A stretch of 64,000 nt of DNA from Gemmatimonadaceae bacterium (GCA_051859245.1 JBHYGA010000004.1:128001-192000), one strand, 5' to 3'. Shown: positions 28,691 through 38,253, numbered from the stretch's first letter. A program made the numbers and translations. Notes: generated by a model not told the origin, from the letters alone.

Positions 28691-29167
28691 CTACGACGGT
28701 TTTACTACCATCACCCACACCGCCACCACCAGCGGTACGGTTGCCACAACACCCCATCGCAGCCAGCGTGTTGCGTCGCGGCGATAGTCGTCAGGAATCT
28801 GCCCCCCGTTCGCAAACGTGCGCGCTGCACGCGCCTGACGAATCTGCGCCGGCAACAACACGAACATCCAGAGTAAAGCGGAGCCCACGAACAACAGTTG
28901 GCCCCACACCAGCCAACTCGTGCTGAACAGCGCGAGACCGCCAACGTACGCCGCACCATAGCCGCCAATCACGATCATCGCGATGCCGCTGGCGGTGAGC
29001 CACCAGTCGGTGAGCGTGACCAGTCGCTGTGCGAAGGCGACGATTCGTGGATCCCGCGTGCGATCCGCCATCACTTTCCACACCGCCGTCGCGATCGCAT
29101 TTCCCAACAGCACGACCACGCCCAGCACGTGCACTGCTTTGCAAGCCGCGTACAACGCAACGTTCAT
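28691..29167 (-). CDS. DUF2269-like integral membrane protein
   Basis: KAVHVLGVVVLLGN, four TM helices, C-terminal WVMVVKP. Confidence 0.75.
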   Translation of the reverse strand: MNVALYAACKAVHVLGVVVLLGNAIATAVWKVMADRTRDPRIVAFAQRLVTLTDWWLTASGIAMIVIGGYGAAYVGGLALFSTSWLVWGQLLFVGSALLWMFVLLPAQIRQARAARTFANGGQIPDDYRRDATRWLRWGVVATVPLVVAVWVMVVKPS

Positions 29168-29275
29168 CGGTGTGGCTCTCCCATCGTGTGGCGACCGGCG
29201 ATTACCTGCTGAAACGTACGACAGAATACCTCGCCCCTCTGGCGCCGTCTCGCTGTCCTCCCCAAATTCGCCCGG

Positions 29276-30139
29276 ATGACTCTTGCCGCGCGTCGGCGAC
29301 CGGCCGTTCGCGGAGTAGTGCTCGATCGCTCCCTCGAGGCCTTGCCGCTATTCCGGCTGAGTGACTCAGCCGACGACTCGCCCGTCGCCTTCACCGCCGA
29401 TAACGGCGGCCGATGGCGTGTAATCGCGGCCCCCGATGATCGCCTGCCAGGCACGTTCGATCAGGACGTGTACGTAGAGATCCTGCACCGCTGGCAGGAA
29501 GCGGGCACCCCGGCCGACGGCGCCGTCTCCTTCACGCTGCACGCGTTTCTACGGTCCATGGGTCGCCGCGCCGACGGACGCACCTACGAGCAGCTCCGCG
29601 GGGCGCTCACGCGCCTCGAACGCACCACGCTCGAGTCCAATGGCGCGTATTGGACCGCCGCGTCAGGCGACAGCCCTGAGATGTCGTTTACGCTGCTCTC
29701 CAGCGTGTCCGTACAGCGTCGACGCGCCGCCGAACGGGAGCAAATGAACCTCTTCGCCAATCTGGCCACTGGCGAGCCCGGAGACGCGCGCGTGGTGCTC
29801 TCACCCACGCTGCGCGCCAATCTGTTTTCGCGCCATGTGGTAGCGCTGTCGCTTTCACGCTACCACGCGCTCTCGTCGCCCGTGGCACGCCGGCTCTACC
29901 GTCTGCTTGAAGTAGCCCGCGCCGAGGGGCGCCTCTCGTGGCGCGTGCCGCTGGAACGGCTGGCGGAGCAGCTACCGCTCTCGCAGCGCTACCCGTCGCA
30001 TTTGCAGCGCGTGCTGCAGCCGGCGCATGAAATGCTACTCTCCGCCGGCCTCGTACGCGATGTCGCCGTGCGGCAGTATGACCGCACGTGGTTCGTGGAC
30101 TACGTGCTGTCGATCCGCCCACGTGAGGATGTAGAGTAG
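29276..30139 (+). CDS. Plasmid-type replication initiator-like protein (RPA/TrfA-like winged helix)
   Basis: LEALPLFRLS, LPGTFDQDVYVEIL, FTLHAFLRSMG..GRTYEQLRGALTRL, YHALSSPVARRLYRLL, LQPAHEML pattern typical of Rep initiators. Family assigned by eye. Confidence 0.65.
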   Translation: MTLAARRRPAVRGVVLDRSLEALPLFRLSDSADDSPVAFTADNGGRWRVIAAPDDRLPGTFDQDVYVEILHRWQEAGTPADGAVSFTLHAFLRSMGRRADGRTYEQLRGALTRLERTTLESNGAYWTAASGDSPEMSFTLLSSVSVQRRRAAEREQMNLFANLATGEPGDARVVLSPTLRANLFSRHVVALSLSRYHALSSPVARRLYRLLEVARAEGRLSWRVPLERLAEQLPLSQRYPSHLQRVLQPAHEMLLSAGLVRDVAVRQYDRTWFVDYVLSIRPREDVE

Positions 30140-30254
30140 CCCAACCCCTCGCGGGTTTGATTCGGACGGCCATGATTTGGTGACGTCCCGCCACGTGTGC
30201 ACCGCCATCATATCACATCGCAGCTCACTGACACCAACGCCTGCGCCGCTCGCG

Positions 30255-30292
30255 TTGACATGTGAATCACATGCAAGCATGTTTGTCACATG
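30255..30292 (+). promoter_or_regulatory. Leaderless sigma70 promoter with two palindromic TA operators
   Basis: TTGACA(30255)-17bp-CATGTT-6bp-ATG(30290). CATGT-N5-ACATG at 30259-73 and 30278-92. Confidence 0.75.
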
Positions 30293-30520
30293 CCAAAGAT
30301 GATCCAGATTCGACACGTACCCGATGCACTCCATCGGAAACTCAAATTGCGCGCCACCGAGGCCGACATGACCCTCTCCGATTACATCAAGGCTGAGCTC
30401 GAACGCATGGCCGAACGCCCCACGCTCGGCCAGATCGCCGCTCGCCTCGGCGCGCTCGAACCCGTCGAGTCGGATGAGTCTGTCGTACACATGCTGCGCG
30501 AGGCTCGAGAGGAACGGTGA
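30290..30520 (+). CDS. vapB: Ribbon-helix-helix antitoxin (FitA/VapB-like)
   Basis: MPKMIQIRHVPDALHRKLKLRATEADMTLSDYI. Overlaps the PIN toxin gene by 4 nt. Confidence 0.88.
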   Translation: MPKMIQIRHVPDALHRKLKLRATEADMTLSDYIKAELERMAERPTLGQIAARLGALEPVESDESVVHMLREAREER

Positions 30521-30945
30521 TTGCACCGGCCGTCGCATTTCCGCGCAGTTCGACCGTGGTGCTCGATGCGTCGGTGGTCGTTGAGCTGCTCCTGAACTCA
30601 GCGGCCGGCAAGAGCGCTATGGCGCGCCTTCTCACTGATCAGGCCGAGCTCCACGCACCTGAACTGCTCGACGTCGAAGTGCTGCACGTCATGCGGCGAC
30701 TTGTCCGAAACGGTGTCATGAGCGAACCGCGCGCTCATCAGGCGATAACGGTGCTTGATGCGCTGCCCCTCACGCGACATGCGCACGGCGCGCTCACGCG
30801 CCGCTGCTGGCAACTGCGCGCCAACCTCTCGGCCTACGATGCCACGTACGTCGTGCTAGCCGAGGGGCTGGGTGCAACGCTGCTCACACGCGATGCCGGC
30901 CTTGCTGGCGCACCCGGAATCGCGGCGCCGATTGCCTTGGTGTAA
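30517..30945 (+). CDS. vapC: PIN-domain toxin VapC
   Basis: VVLDASVVVELL, APELLDVEV, LSAYDATYVVLAE..LLTRD. Confidence 0.92.
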   Translation: MIAPAVAFPRSSTVVLDASVVVELLLNSAAGKSAMARLLTDQAELHAPELLDVEVLHVMRRLVRNGVMSEPRAHQAITVLDALPLTRHAHGALTRRCWQLRANLSAYDATYVVLAEGLGATLLTRDAGLAGAPGIAAPIALV

Positions 30946-30986
30946 CGAGCGTCGAGAGACCATCAAGGGACCAAACCGCGGAACTG

Positions 30987-31014
30987 GCAACATTCGTGGG
31001 GGTCACAACGTCTA
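30987..31014 (+). promoter_or_regulatory. Candidate ECF-sigma promoter
   Basis: GCAAC-N17-CGTCTA, ~95 bp upstream of the S41 protease start. Confidence 0.4.
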
Positions 31015-31109
31015 ATCCCTAAGACCTTGTGCTTTTTCGCAGAGCTCCGCAGGATGCATGGTGATGCACGCGCGCGAGTTCGCGAATTCCCTTCTGTTTT
31101 GAGGCCCGC

Positions 31110-32726
31110 ATGACCCGATTCCGCAAAACCGCCCTGGTGGCCGGTTTCCTCGTGGTCCCCGTGCTCGCTGGCGGCTTCGCGCTGCAGGCGCGCGACGTGC
31201 GCGGCGGGGCGCAGCTGCTCGATCAGGTGCTCACGTTCGTCCACATGCGCTACGTCGATACGCTCGACGCCAACGCGCTGTACGAAAAGGCCGCGCGCGG
31301 TCTGGTCAAGGAACTCGGCGACCCGTATACCGAGCTCTTCACGCCGAAGCAGATGGAAGAGTTCACCCGCAATACCAACGGCCGATACGCCGGACTCGGC
31401 ATGGAAATCACGCCGATCGGCAACTACGTCACCGTCGGCAAAGTCTTTCCGGATACACCGGCGGAACGCGGCGGTGTGATGGAAGGCGACGCGATCGTGC
31501 AGATCGACACCTTCCCAGCCCGCGGCTGGACCACACAGCAGGTGCAGAACAAGCTGCTCGGTGTGCCGGGCACACAGGTGCGCGTGACCTTCGGTCGCCC
31601 CGGCGTGCCGGAGCCGATCACCATGAACTTCCGCCGCGCCGAAGTGAAGGTGCCGGCCGTGCGGTACACGCTCATGCTCGATGATCGCACGGGTTACATC
31701 CCGATTGAGCGCTTCAGCGAAAACACCACCACCGACGTGGCCAACGCCGTCGAGTCGCTCAAGGCGCGCGGCGCCAAGGGCATTGTGCTCGATGTCCGTG
31801 GCAATCCGGGCGGCATTCTGGATCAGGCCATCTCCACCACGAACCTCTTCCTCCCCGCGGGCAAGGAAGTGGCCAGCGTTCGTGGCCGCGGCGACGTGCA
31901 GAACTTCATCTCGGAAAATCAGCCGATCGCGGCGGACATCCCTCTGGTGGTGCTCACCGACGGTTACTCCGCGTCGGCTTCGGAAATCGTGGCCGGTGCA
32001 CTGCAGGACTATGACCGCGCCCTCGTGATCGGCACCACGTCGTTCGGCAAAGGACTTGTGCAGTCGCTCTATCCGCTCGACGGTGGTTACGCGCTCAAGA
32101 TCACCACGGGCAAGTGGTATACGCCGAGCGGCCGCAGCATTCAGAAGGACCGCAAGCAGGGTGATGCGTTTGTACTCGATGCGATTGCCGACACCGCGGT
32201 GACGGATACGTCGCGCAACGATCGCCCGGTGTACAAGTCTACGGGCGGACGTGTGGTCTACGGCGGCGGCGGCATTACGCCTGACGTCATGATCGTGCCC
32301 GACACGATCAGCTCGGCGGAACAGGCCGTGCGTCGCATTTTCCTGCCCAAGACGGGTGCAGTGTTCAGCATCGTGGGTGAAATCGCCCTGGAGCTGAAAG
32401 ACAAAGTGAAGCCGGACTTCACGTTGCAGCCCGAGTGGATCGAGACCTTCTACACGCGCCTTGATACGGCCGGCGTCAAGATCGATCGCCCCACGTGGGA
32501 AGCCGGTCGTCGCGAGGCGGAACGGTACCTCGAAACGCGCATTGCCCGCACGGCCTTTGGCGACACGCTGACCAAGCGTCGCGAAATCAAGGACGACAAT
32601 CAGCTTCGCAAGGCCATGGAACTGCTGCGCAAGGGCAACACGCAGAGTGAGCTGTTCGTCGCGGCCAAGGCCGACATGGCCAAGCCGGTCGCCCGCACCG
32701 GGGCGAATCGGGGCGGCGCGCAGTAA
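31110..32726 (+). CDS. S41 carboxyl-terminal processing protease (CtpA/Prc-like)
   Basis: GDPYT, PDZ domain, LDVRGNPGG, SASASEIVAGALQD, FGKGLVQ, GITPDV. Confidence 0.93.
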   Translation: MTRFRKTALVAGFLVVPVLAGGFALQARDVRGGAQLLDQVLTFVHMRYVDTLDANALYEKAARGLVKELGDPYTELFTPKQMEEFTRNTNGRYAGLGMEITPIGNYVTVGKVFPDTPAERGGVMEGDAIVQIDTFPARGWTTQQVQNKLLGVPGTQVRVTFGRPGVPEPITMNFRRAEVKVPAVRYTLMLDDRTGYIPIERFSENTTTDVANAVESLKARGAKGIVLDVRGNPGGILDQAISTTNLFLPAGKEVASVRGRGDVQNFISENQPIAADIPLVVLTDGYSASASEIVAGALQDYDRALVIGTTSFGKGLVQSLYPLDGGYALKITTGKWYTPSGRSIQKDRKQGDAFVLDAIADTAVTDTSRNDRPVYKSTGGRVVYGGGGITPDVMIVPDTISSAEQAVRRIFLPKTGAVFSIVGEIALELKDKVKPDFTLQPEWIETFYTRLDTAGVKIDRPTWEAGRREAERYLETRIARTAFGDTLTKRREIKDDNQLRKAMELLRKGNTQSELFVAAKADMAKPVARTGANRGGAQ

Positions 32727-32801
32727 GTGCGGCCGGACCGTTGGCAGTGACTCCGTGATCCTACGGATTGTCTGGCACGCGGGAGTCTTTTACGCTCCCG
32801 C

Positions 32802-33926
32802 ATGCCTGCCAATCCAAGACTTTCCTCGCGTGCTGCGGCGCGCGCCCTCAGCGCTGTCGCTTTCGCGCTCCTGATCACCGCCTGCGGCGAAAAGCCCGAG
32901 GCTGAAGCACCCCTCACCGCCGAAGCAGAGCCCAGCAGCTCGCCGATGGTGATGATTGAGCCTGATTCGGCGGAGCGCCCGTTCCTCGCGAACGTTCGCC
33001 AGCTCACCTTCGGCGGTGAAAACGCCGAAGCGTACTGGAGCGCCAACGGGCAGTACATCACGTTCCAGAGCACGCGTGACGGCCGCACCTGCGACCAGCA
33101 ATACGTGATGCGCGCCGACGGCTCCGATGTGAAGCAGATCTCGGTGGGTGGCAAAACCACCTGTGGCTTCTTCTACAACAACGACAGCCGTGTGTTTTTC
33201 GCCGCCACCCATCATGCGGATACGGCGTGCCCGGTGAAGCCCGATCCGTCGCAGGGGTACGTGTGGCCGCTCGACAAGTTCGACATCTACACGTCGAAGC
33301 CCGACGGCAGCGATCTGCAGCGTCTCACGAACTACGGTGTGTACACAGCGGAGGGCATTCTCTCGCCCGACGGCAAAACGATTGTGTTCACGTCCACGAA
33401 AGACGGTGATCTCGACATCTACACCATGAATGTCGACGGCACGAACGTGAAGCGTCTTACGAACACGCCCGGTTACGACGGCGGCCCGTGGTGGTCACCC
33501 GATGGCACGAAAATCGTGTATCGCGCGCACCATCCCAAGGATTCGGCCGAGCTTGCGCAGTACAACGATCTGCTGTCAAAGAACATGATTCGCCCGAGCA
33601 AAGTGGAGCTGTTCGTGATGAACGCCGATGGCAGCAACCAGACGCAGATCACCACGCTGGGCGGCGCCAACTTTGGTCCCTCGTGGACGCCTGACGGCAA
33701 GCGCATTCTGTTCTCGTCGAATCACAGCAATCCGCGTAGCCGCGACTTCAACCTGTACGTGGTGAATCTCGACGGTACCGGTCTCACGCAGATCACCACG
33801 CACCCCGAGTTTGACGGCTTCCCGATGTTCAGCCCGGACGGCACCAAGATCATCTGGGCGTCGAACCGGAACGCCAAGTCAGAAGGCGAAACAAACCTGT
33901 TCGTGGCCGATTGGGTCGGCAAATAA
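32802..33926 (+). CDS. TolB-like PD40 beta-propeller lipoprotein
   Basis: Lipobox LITAC, repeated SPDGKTIVFTS / WSPDGTKIVY / WTPDGKRILFSS / FSPDGTKIIWAS. Confidence 0.88.
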   Translation: MPANPRLSSRAAARALSAVAFALLITACGEKPEAEAPLTAEAEPSSSPMVMIEPDSAERPFLANVRQLTFGGENAEAYWSANGQYITFQSTRDGRTCDQQYVMRADGSDVKQISVGGKTTCGFFYNNDSRVFFAATHHADTACPVKPDPSQGYVWPLDKFDIYTSKPDGSDLQRLTNYGVYTAEGILSPDGKTIVFTSTKDGDLDIYTMNVDGTNVKRLTNTPGYDGGPWWSPDGTKIVYRAHHPKDSAELAQYNDLLSKNMIRPSKVELFVMNADGSNQTQITTLGGANFGPSWTPDGKRILFSSNHSNPRSRDFNLYVVNLDGTGLTQITTHPEFDGFPMFSPDGTKIIWASNRNAKSEGETNLFVADWVGK

Positions 33927-34057
33927 CGCAGTGAACGGATGCCCGCGCGCACCGCTTGGTGCGTCCGGGGATCCTGAGTGACACGGCAGCCCGTTAGTTT
34001 GAGAGGAGTGGCGCGCATGCGCGCCCGCCTGTCACCCGCTGCCTGGGAGCCTCTGCC

Positions 34058-35155
34058 GTGCTTGCGCTCGCAATACTTGGTCTCATTGCTCTGGCCGTGA
34101 TCTTCTCGTCGGTGAAAATCATCGGTCAGGCTGAAGTCATGGTGGTTGAGCGGCTCGGCCGCTTTGATCGTGTGGCCCGCTCGGGATTGAACATTCTCAT
34201 CCCGTTCATTGAGCGCCCACGATCCATCGAAGTGCGATTCTTCGATTCCGATCCCGGCGGTCTCAAGCGTGTGGTGCAGTCGGTCACGGCGCGCATCGAT
34301 CTGCGTGAACAAGTGCTGAACTTTCCGAGTCAGCCGGTAATCACCAAAGACAACGTCACGATCGATATTGACGCGGTACTCTACTACCGCGTGGCCGATC
34401 CGCAAAAGGCCACGTACTCAGTGGCGAATCTTCCGTACGCGCTCGAAACGCTCACGCGCACCACGCTGCGAAATATTGTTGGCGAGATGGAGCTCGATTC
34501 CACGCTCTCCAGCCGCGATGTGATCAACACGCGCATGCGTGAAGTGATTGAAGAAGCATCGATTGGTTGGGGCGTTGACGTCACACGTGTGGAACTGCAG
34601 AGCATTGAACCGCCGCGCGACATTCAGCAGAGCATGGAGCTGCAAATGCGCGCCGAGCGTGAGCGTCGTGCGGCGGTCACGAACGCCGAAGCGAGCAAGC
34701 GCGCTGCGGTGCTCGAAGCGGAAGGTTTGCGTGAGTCGCAGGTGCGCAAAGCTGAGGGTGAGCGTGAAGCGTCGATTTTGCGCGCACAAGGTTTGGCCGA
34801 AGCACGACTTGCGATGGCGGAAGCAGAAGCGGCGGCGATTACGCGCATTGCCGGTGCGCTTCCCGATGGACAAGCGTCGACGTACTTGCTCGGACTCAAG
34901 TACCTCGAAGCGCTGCCACAACTCGCGGCGGGCAAAGGCTCAACCGTGTTCCTGCCTGTGGAAGCATCTGGTGTGATGGGTGCACTTGGCGGATTGCGTG
35001 AGCTGCTGCGTGCGCGTGAGGCCGACGACACATCGCCGGGCAGTGCGCCGCTTCGCAAGCCGGCGCCGTCTCCATCGCTCGGCTTTCCGGACCCGATGCG
35101 CGGCATGCTCGGCACCGGTCGCGACGCGACGCGCGACGACGAAAACAAAGGCTGA
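34058..35155 (+). CDS. SPFH/band-7 (stomatin/QmcA-like) protein
   Basis: N-terminal TM, VVERLGRF, VITKDNVTI, TTLRNIVG, QMRAERERRA. Confidence 0.92.
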   Translation: MLALAILGLIALAVIFSSVKIIGQAEVMVVERLGRFDRVARSGLNILIPFIERPRSIEVRFFDSDPGGLKRVVQSVTARIDLREQVLNFPSQPVITKDNVTIDIDAVLYYRVADPQKATYSVANLPYALETLTRTTLRNIVGEMELDSTLSSRDVINTRMREVIEEASIGWGVDVTRVELQSIEPPRDIQQSMELQMRAERERRAAVTNAEASKRAAVLEAEGLRESQVRKAEGEREASILRAQGLAEARLAMAEAEAAAITRIAGALPDGQASTYLLGLKYLEALPQLAAGKGSTVFLPVEASGVMGALGGLRELLRAREADDTSPGSAPLRKPAPSPSLGFPDPMRGMLGTGRDATRDDENKG

Positions 35156-35373
35156 TGAGCATTACGCAGGAACGTGCAGAACGTATTGCTCGTGCGCACG
35201 CGTGCTCCGGTTGCAAGGAGTACACATGGCGCAAAGTGAGCGTCAAGCCGAGCAGCGCCGCACTGCGCGAGTCGCTGCTGGTGGTGTGGAGTGCGTCGCT
35301 TAAATGCGGGATTTGCGGGAACGAGCAAGAGCTCGGGATCGACGACGACGGGGATATTGTTTTTGAGGGGTAG
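35155..35373 (+). CDS. Small four-Cys zinc-ribbon-like protein
   Basis: 72 aa, CSGC..CGIC. Start overlaps the SPFH stop (TGATG). Confidence 0.7.
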   Translation: MSITQERAERIARAHACSGCKEYTWRKVSVKPSSAALRESLLVVWSASLKCGICGNEQELGIDDDGDIVFEG

Positions 35374-36346
35374 TGCGCGTCGCGGCTCTCGGCGCGGTGC
35401 AACTGTCCTGACTTTCGTGAGCATAGCGCTCTTGGCGTGCGGTGGCACACCCGACACATCCGGCCCACCGCCAACGGCCACACGTTCCGCGCGCATCGTG
35501 ATCTCGGCGCCGGATACGATTGCGGCGTCAACACGCACACCGATTTCCGCGCGTCTCGTTGACAGCACGGGCGCGACCATCGCCGGTGGCAGCTTTGTGT
35601 TCACCGTTGAGGAAGGCGCGCAGTACGCATCGGTGTCGATCAACAGCGAACTCGCGGGAGCACCGTTTGTCACGGTTCAGCCGCGTGCTGTACGCGTCGC
35701 CGTGCAGGTGAACGACGTGCCGAACAATGTGGTGTTGCAAGAACGAACCGTGAGCAAGGCCGTGGCCGTGATAAGCCGCATTGCGTCCATGCGCCCGGTC
35801 GTGAGCGCGACGTCGTTGCTCACTGGCGACACGGCGCGCCTCACGTTATCGACCGTGTTCCGTGCCGGTGCAGAATCCGGTCCGCCGCGCGACATGCTGC
35901 TCTGGTATGTGGACAGCGAGTTTGCAGCGCTCGACAACACCGGCGTTGTTGTGGCCCGCGTGATGCCGTCGCTCTTGCCCCGCACCGCGCGCATCTGGGC
36001 GCGTACCGAAGGTGTACTCAGCGACACTGCGTTGCTCACTCTCGTGCCACCACCGGCGGTGGAGCGTTTTCAGGTGCGCACCGTTCCAGACGGTTTGTCG
36101 AACACGCTTAAGGTCGGTACGTCACGCCTGTACGACGTCGTGTTCATTGGTGCAGGCGGAGCGGTGCTACCATCGCCGCGGTACTCGCGTGCTGATCTGC
36201 TCTCGCAGGATCAGGTCACGGGTATCACGGCCGGTAACACCGTGTTCTGCGAGATTCCGGGCGTGAGTGAGGTCGAGGTGTTCTACCCAAAGCGCGACGG
36301 CGAGAATCCCGTGCGGTTCGCCTTCAACGTGACGTGTGTCCCGTAA
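35363..36346 (+). CDS. Hypothetical lipoprotein with Ig-like beta domains
   Basis: Lipobox LLAC, beta-rich sequence. Start uncertain (35357-35417). Confidence 0.55.
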   Translation: MRGSARRGSRRGATVLTFVSIALLACGGTPDTSGPPPTATRSARIVISAPDTIAASTRTPISARLVDSTGATIAGGSFVFTVEEGAQYASVSINSELAGAPFVTVQPRAVRVAVQVNDVPNNVVLQERTVSKAVAVISRIASMRPVVSATSLLTGDTARLTLSTVFRAGAESGPPRDMLLWYVDSEFAALDNTGVVVARVMPSLLPRTARIWARTEGVLSDTALLTLVPPPAVERFQVRTVPDGLSNTLKVGTSRLYDVVFIGAGGAVLPSPRYSRADLLSQDQVTGITAGNTVFCEIPGVSEVEVFYPKRDGENPVRFAFNVTCVP

Positions 36347-36381
36347 GCCGCTGACTTACGCGCGCTGAAACACGCCTCGCA

Positions 36382-36948
36382 TCAAAACGCGATCCCAATT
36401 CCGAAGTATGGATTCCACGACGCCAGTGTTCCGTAGCGCGGTCTGATTTCGTAGCGCAGTGAGAGCCCAGGTGCATCTGGTTCGCCGAAGTGCGCGCGCA
36501 CTCCATAAATGCCGCTCACCCATCCGCCGCCATTCACTCTGCCAAACTCTGACACGCTGCCACCGTATTCATGCCAGAACCAGGAGCCGGCGATGGATGC
36601 GGACGCGAACAGCTGTGCGTTACGAATGTGCACCGGTGGACTTTCCAAACCCAGTCGTGCGGTGCCCATGTCTGTGCGCCGTGTTCCTGTTCCGCCCGGC
36701 ACGGACCGGTCTTGCAGGTTGAAGGTGCCCCCAATACCGGAAATCACGCGAACTCCCGCTACTTGGAAGAAGTCCGCCTGAATCAGCGCCGTTGTCACCA
36801 GGTGCGCGCGCGAGATGTTTGAAAAGTGCCCAACACCGGCATCTACAACGAGGCCGGCATGCTGCGCCTCAAGCGGCGGTGTGATGCCAACGAGAGCAGC
36901 GAGTAACACACACGGCGCAGCGCGTTGTATCCGATAGCGCGCAGTCAC
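36382..36948 (-). CDS. Hypothetical small outer-membrane beta-barrel-like protein
   Basis: Signal peptide ..LEA-Q, alternating aromatic/Gly strands, C-terminal YFGIGIAF. Confidence 0.6.
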   Translation of the reverse strand: MTARYRIQRAAPCVLLAALVGITPPLEAQHAGLVVDAGVGHFSNISRAHLVTTALIQADFFQVAGVRVISGIGGTFNLQDRSVPGGTGTRRTDMGTARLGLESPPVHIRNAQLFASASIAGSWFWHEYGGSVSEFGRVNGGGWVSGIYGVRAHFGEPDAPGLSLRYEIRPRYGTLASWNPYFGIGIAF

Positions 36949-37011
36949 TGTTTGGTGATATGCATGCTACCGATACAACGCGCCCACGCGATCGTTCCGC
37001 CGTAGACGCAG

Positions 37012-37536
37012 TTACGCCGCGACCGCTTCCGGCGCCGCCTGCACTTCGAGCTCCAGCTTCACGTCATCCGACACCAGCACACCACCCGCTTCGAGCGCGG
37101 CGTTCCACGTGAGGCCCCACTCCTTGCGCGAGATCTTCGTGGACAGCGTGGCGCTCACCTTGGTGTTGCCCCACGGATCCTTGGCCGGCCCGCCCACTTC
37201 GCCGGTGAGTGCGACGGGCTTCGTGATGCCACGAATCGTCAGTTCGCCATGCGCCTTGAGCGATTCGCCGTTGCGCTCGGTGCTCACGAGGCGGAACGTC
37301 GCGGTCGGGAATGTCGTCACGTCAAAGAAGTCCGCCGAACGCAGATGATCATCGCGCTGCGTGGAGCCGGTGTTCAGCGTGGCGACATCCACGGCCACAT
37401 CGGCGCCGCTGATCACGCCGTCGTTTTCGTCGATCGTGCCGCTGAGCGTTCCGAATGATCCGCGCACGGTGGAGATGCCCATGTGCTTGACGGAAAACGT
37501 GATCTGACTGTGTGCTGGATCGATTGCCCACTTCAT
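37012..37536 (-). CDS. yceI: YceI family polyisoprenoid-binding protein
   Basis: WAIDPAHSQITFSVKHMGISTVRGSF, RDDHLRSADFFD, GELTIRGITKPV, DPWGN. Confidence 0.95.
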   Translation of the reverse strand: MKWAIDPAHSQITFSVKHMGISTVRGSFGTLSGTIDENDGVISGADVAVDVATLNTGSTQRDDHLRSADFFDVTTFPTATFRLVSTERNGESLKAHGELTIRGITKPVALTGEVGGPAKDPWGNTKVSATLSTKISRKEWGLTWNAALEAGGVLVSDDVKLELEVQAAPEAVAA

Positions 37537-37601
37537 GGCGGAGTTCCTCGTGATGGCGTAAGTAGATGGCGACCAATAGAAAAGTCGCTCACACGTTGTA
37601 T

Positions 37602-37660
37602 TCTCAGTACTAAGATATATTCGCCAGCGGTGGTGCGCAAGTGGGCAATAGGTACTTCGA
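37602..37660. promoter_or_regulatory. Candidate MarR operator(s) upstream of yceI
   Basis: Near-palindrome TCTCAGTACTAAGA (37602-15). ATAGGTACTTC(G/A)A occurs at both 37648 and 38252 (marR start). Confidence 0.5.
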
Positions 37661-37695
37661 CCCGCGTGACGCGCGTCGGCCTGATTGAGCGACCG

Positions 37696-38253
37696 CTACA
37701 CGCCCCGCGTCGATGAGAACTCAGCCGCCGCGGCTCCGTGACCGAGCCGCTTGAGCAGTGACGCTGCCATCGCCTGCTCTTCGGGCGTGAGAGCGCCCAC
37801 GGCGCGCTCAATCATCGCGGCATGCTCCGGAAAAATGCGAGCGATCAACGCTTCGCCGTCTGCGGTGAGCGCGGCGTAGCGCGCGCGACGATCGGAAGGG
37901 CACTCCTGCCGCTCCACGAGCCCCTTGGCCACCAAACGGTCCACCAGGAAGGTGATACCACCGCTGGAGACCAGAATGCGGCGCTGCACCTCGCCCAGCA
38001 GCATGGCGCCGCGATGGTAGAGGGCCTCGAGAATCGCGAACTCGGTGAGCGTAAGCCCGTGGCGGGCCACATCGTCGGCCACGTGTGCACTGACCGCCAC
38101 CTGGGCACGAGACAGGACCACCCACAGCTTGAGCGCTGCCGCCGTGTCCTCGCTCACGTCGAGCGGGTGCGCCGTTCCGGCCACGATGCCGTGGGACTCG
38201 GTCGGCTCGTGAAGGACTGCTGTGCTGGTATCGGATTTTTCGTGAACAGGCAT
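37696..38253 (-). CDS. MarR-family regulator (MhqR-like)
   Basis: ALKLWVVLSRA, GLTLTEFAILEALYHRG, ILVSSGGITFLVDRL..DRRA. Start at the ATG at 38253. Confidence 0.9.
   Translation of the reverse strand: MPVHEKSDTSTAVLHEPTESHGIVAGTAHPLDVSEDTAAALKLWVVLSRAQVAVSAHVADDVARHGLTLTEFAILEALYHRGAMLLGEVQRRILVSSGGITFLVDRLVAKGLVERQECPSDRRARYAALTADGEALIARIFPEHAAMIERAVGALTPEEQAMAASLLKRLGHGAAAAEFSSTRGV

Noticed and set aside
30150..30173. GCGGGTTTGATTC..GGCCA as a tRNA 3' remnant (att site) between rep and vapB
   Set aside because: The T-arm does not pair and the loop is TTTGATT rather than TTCGANT. No second copy was seen.
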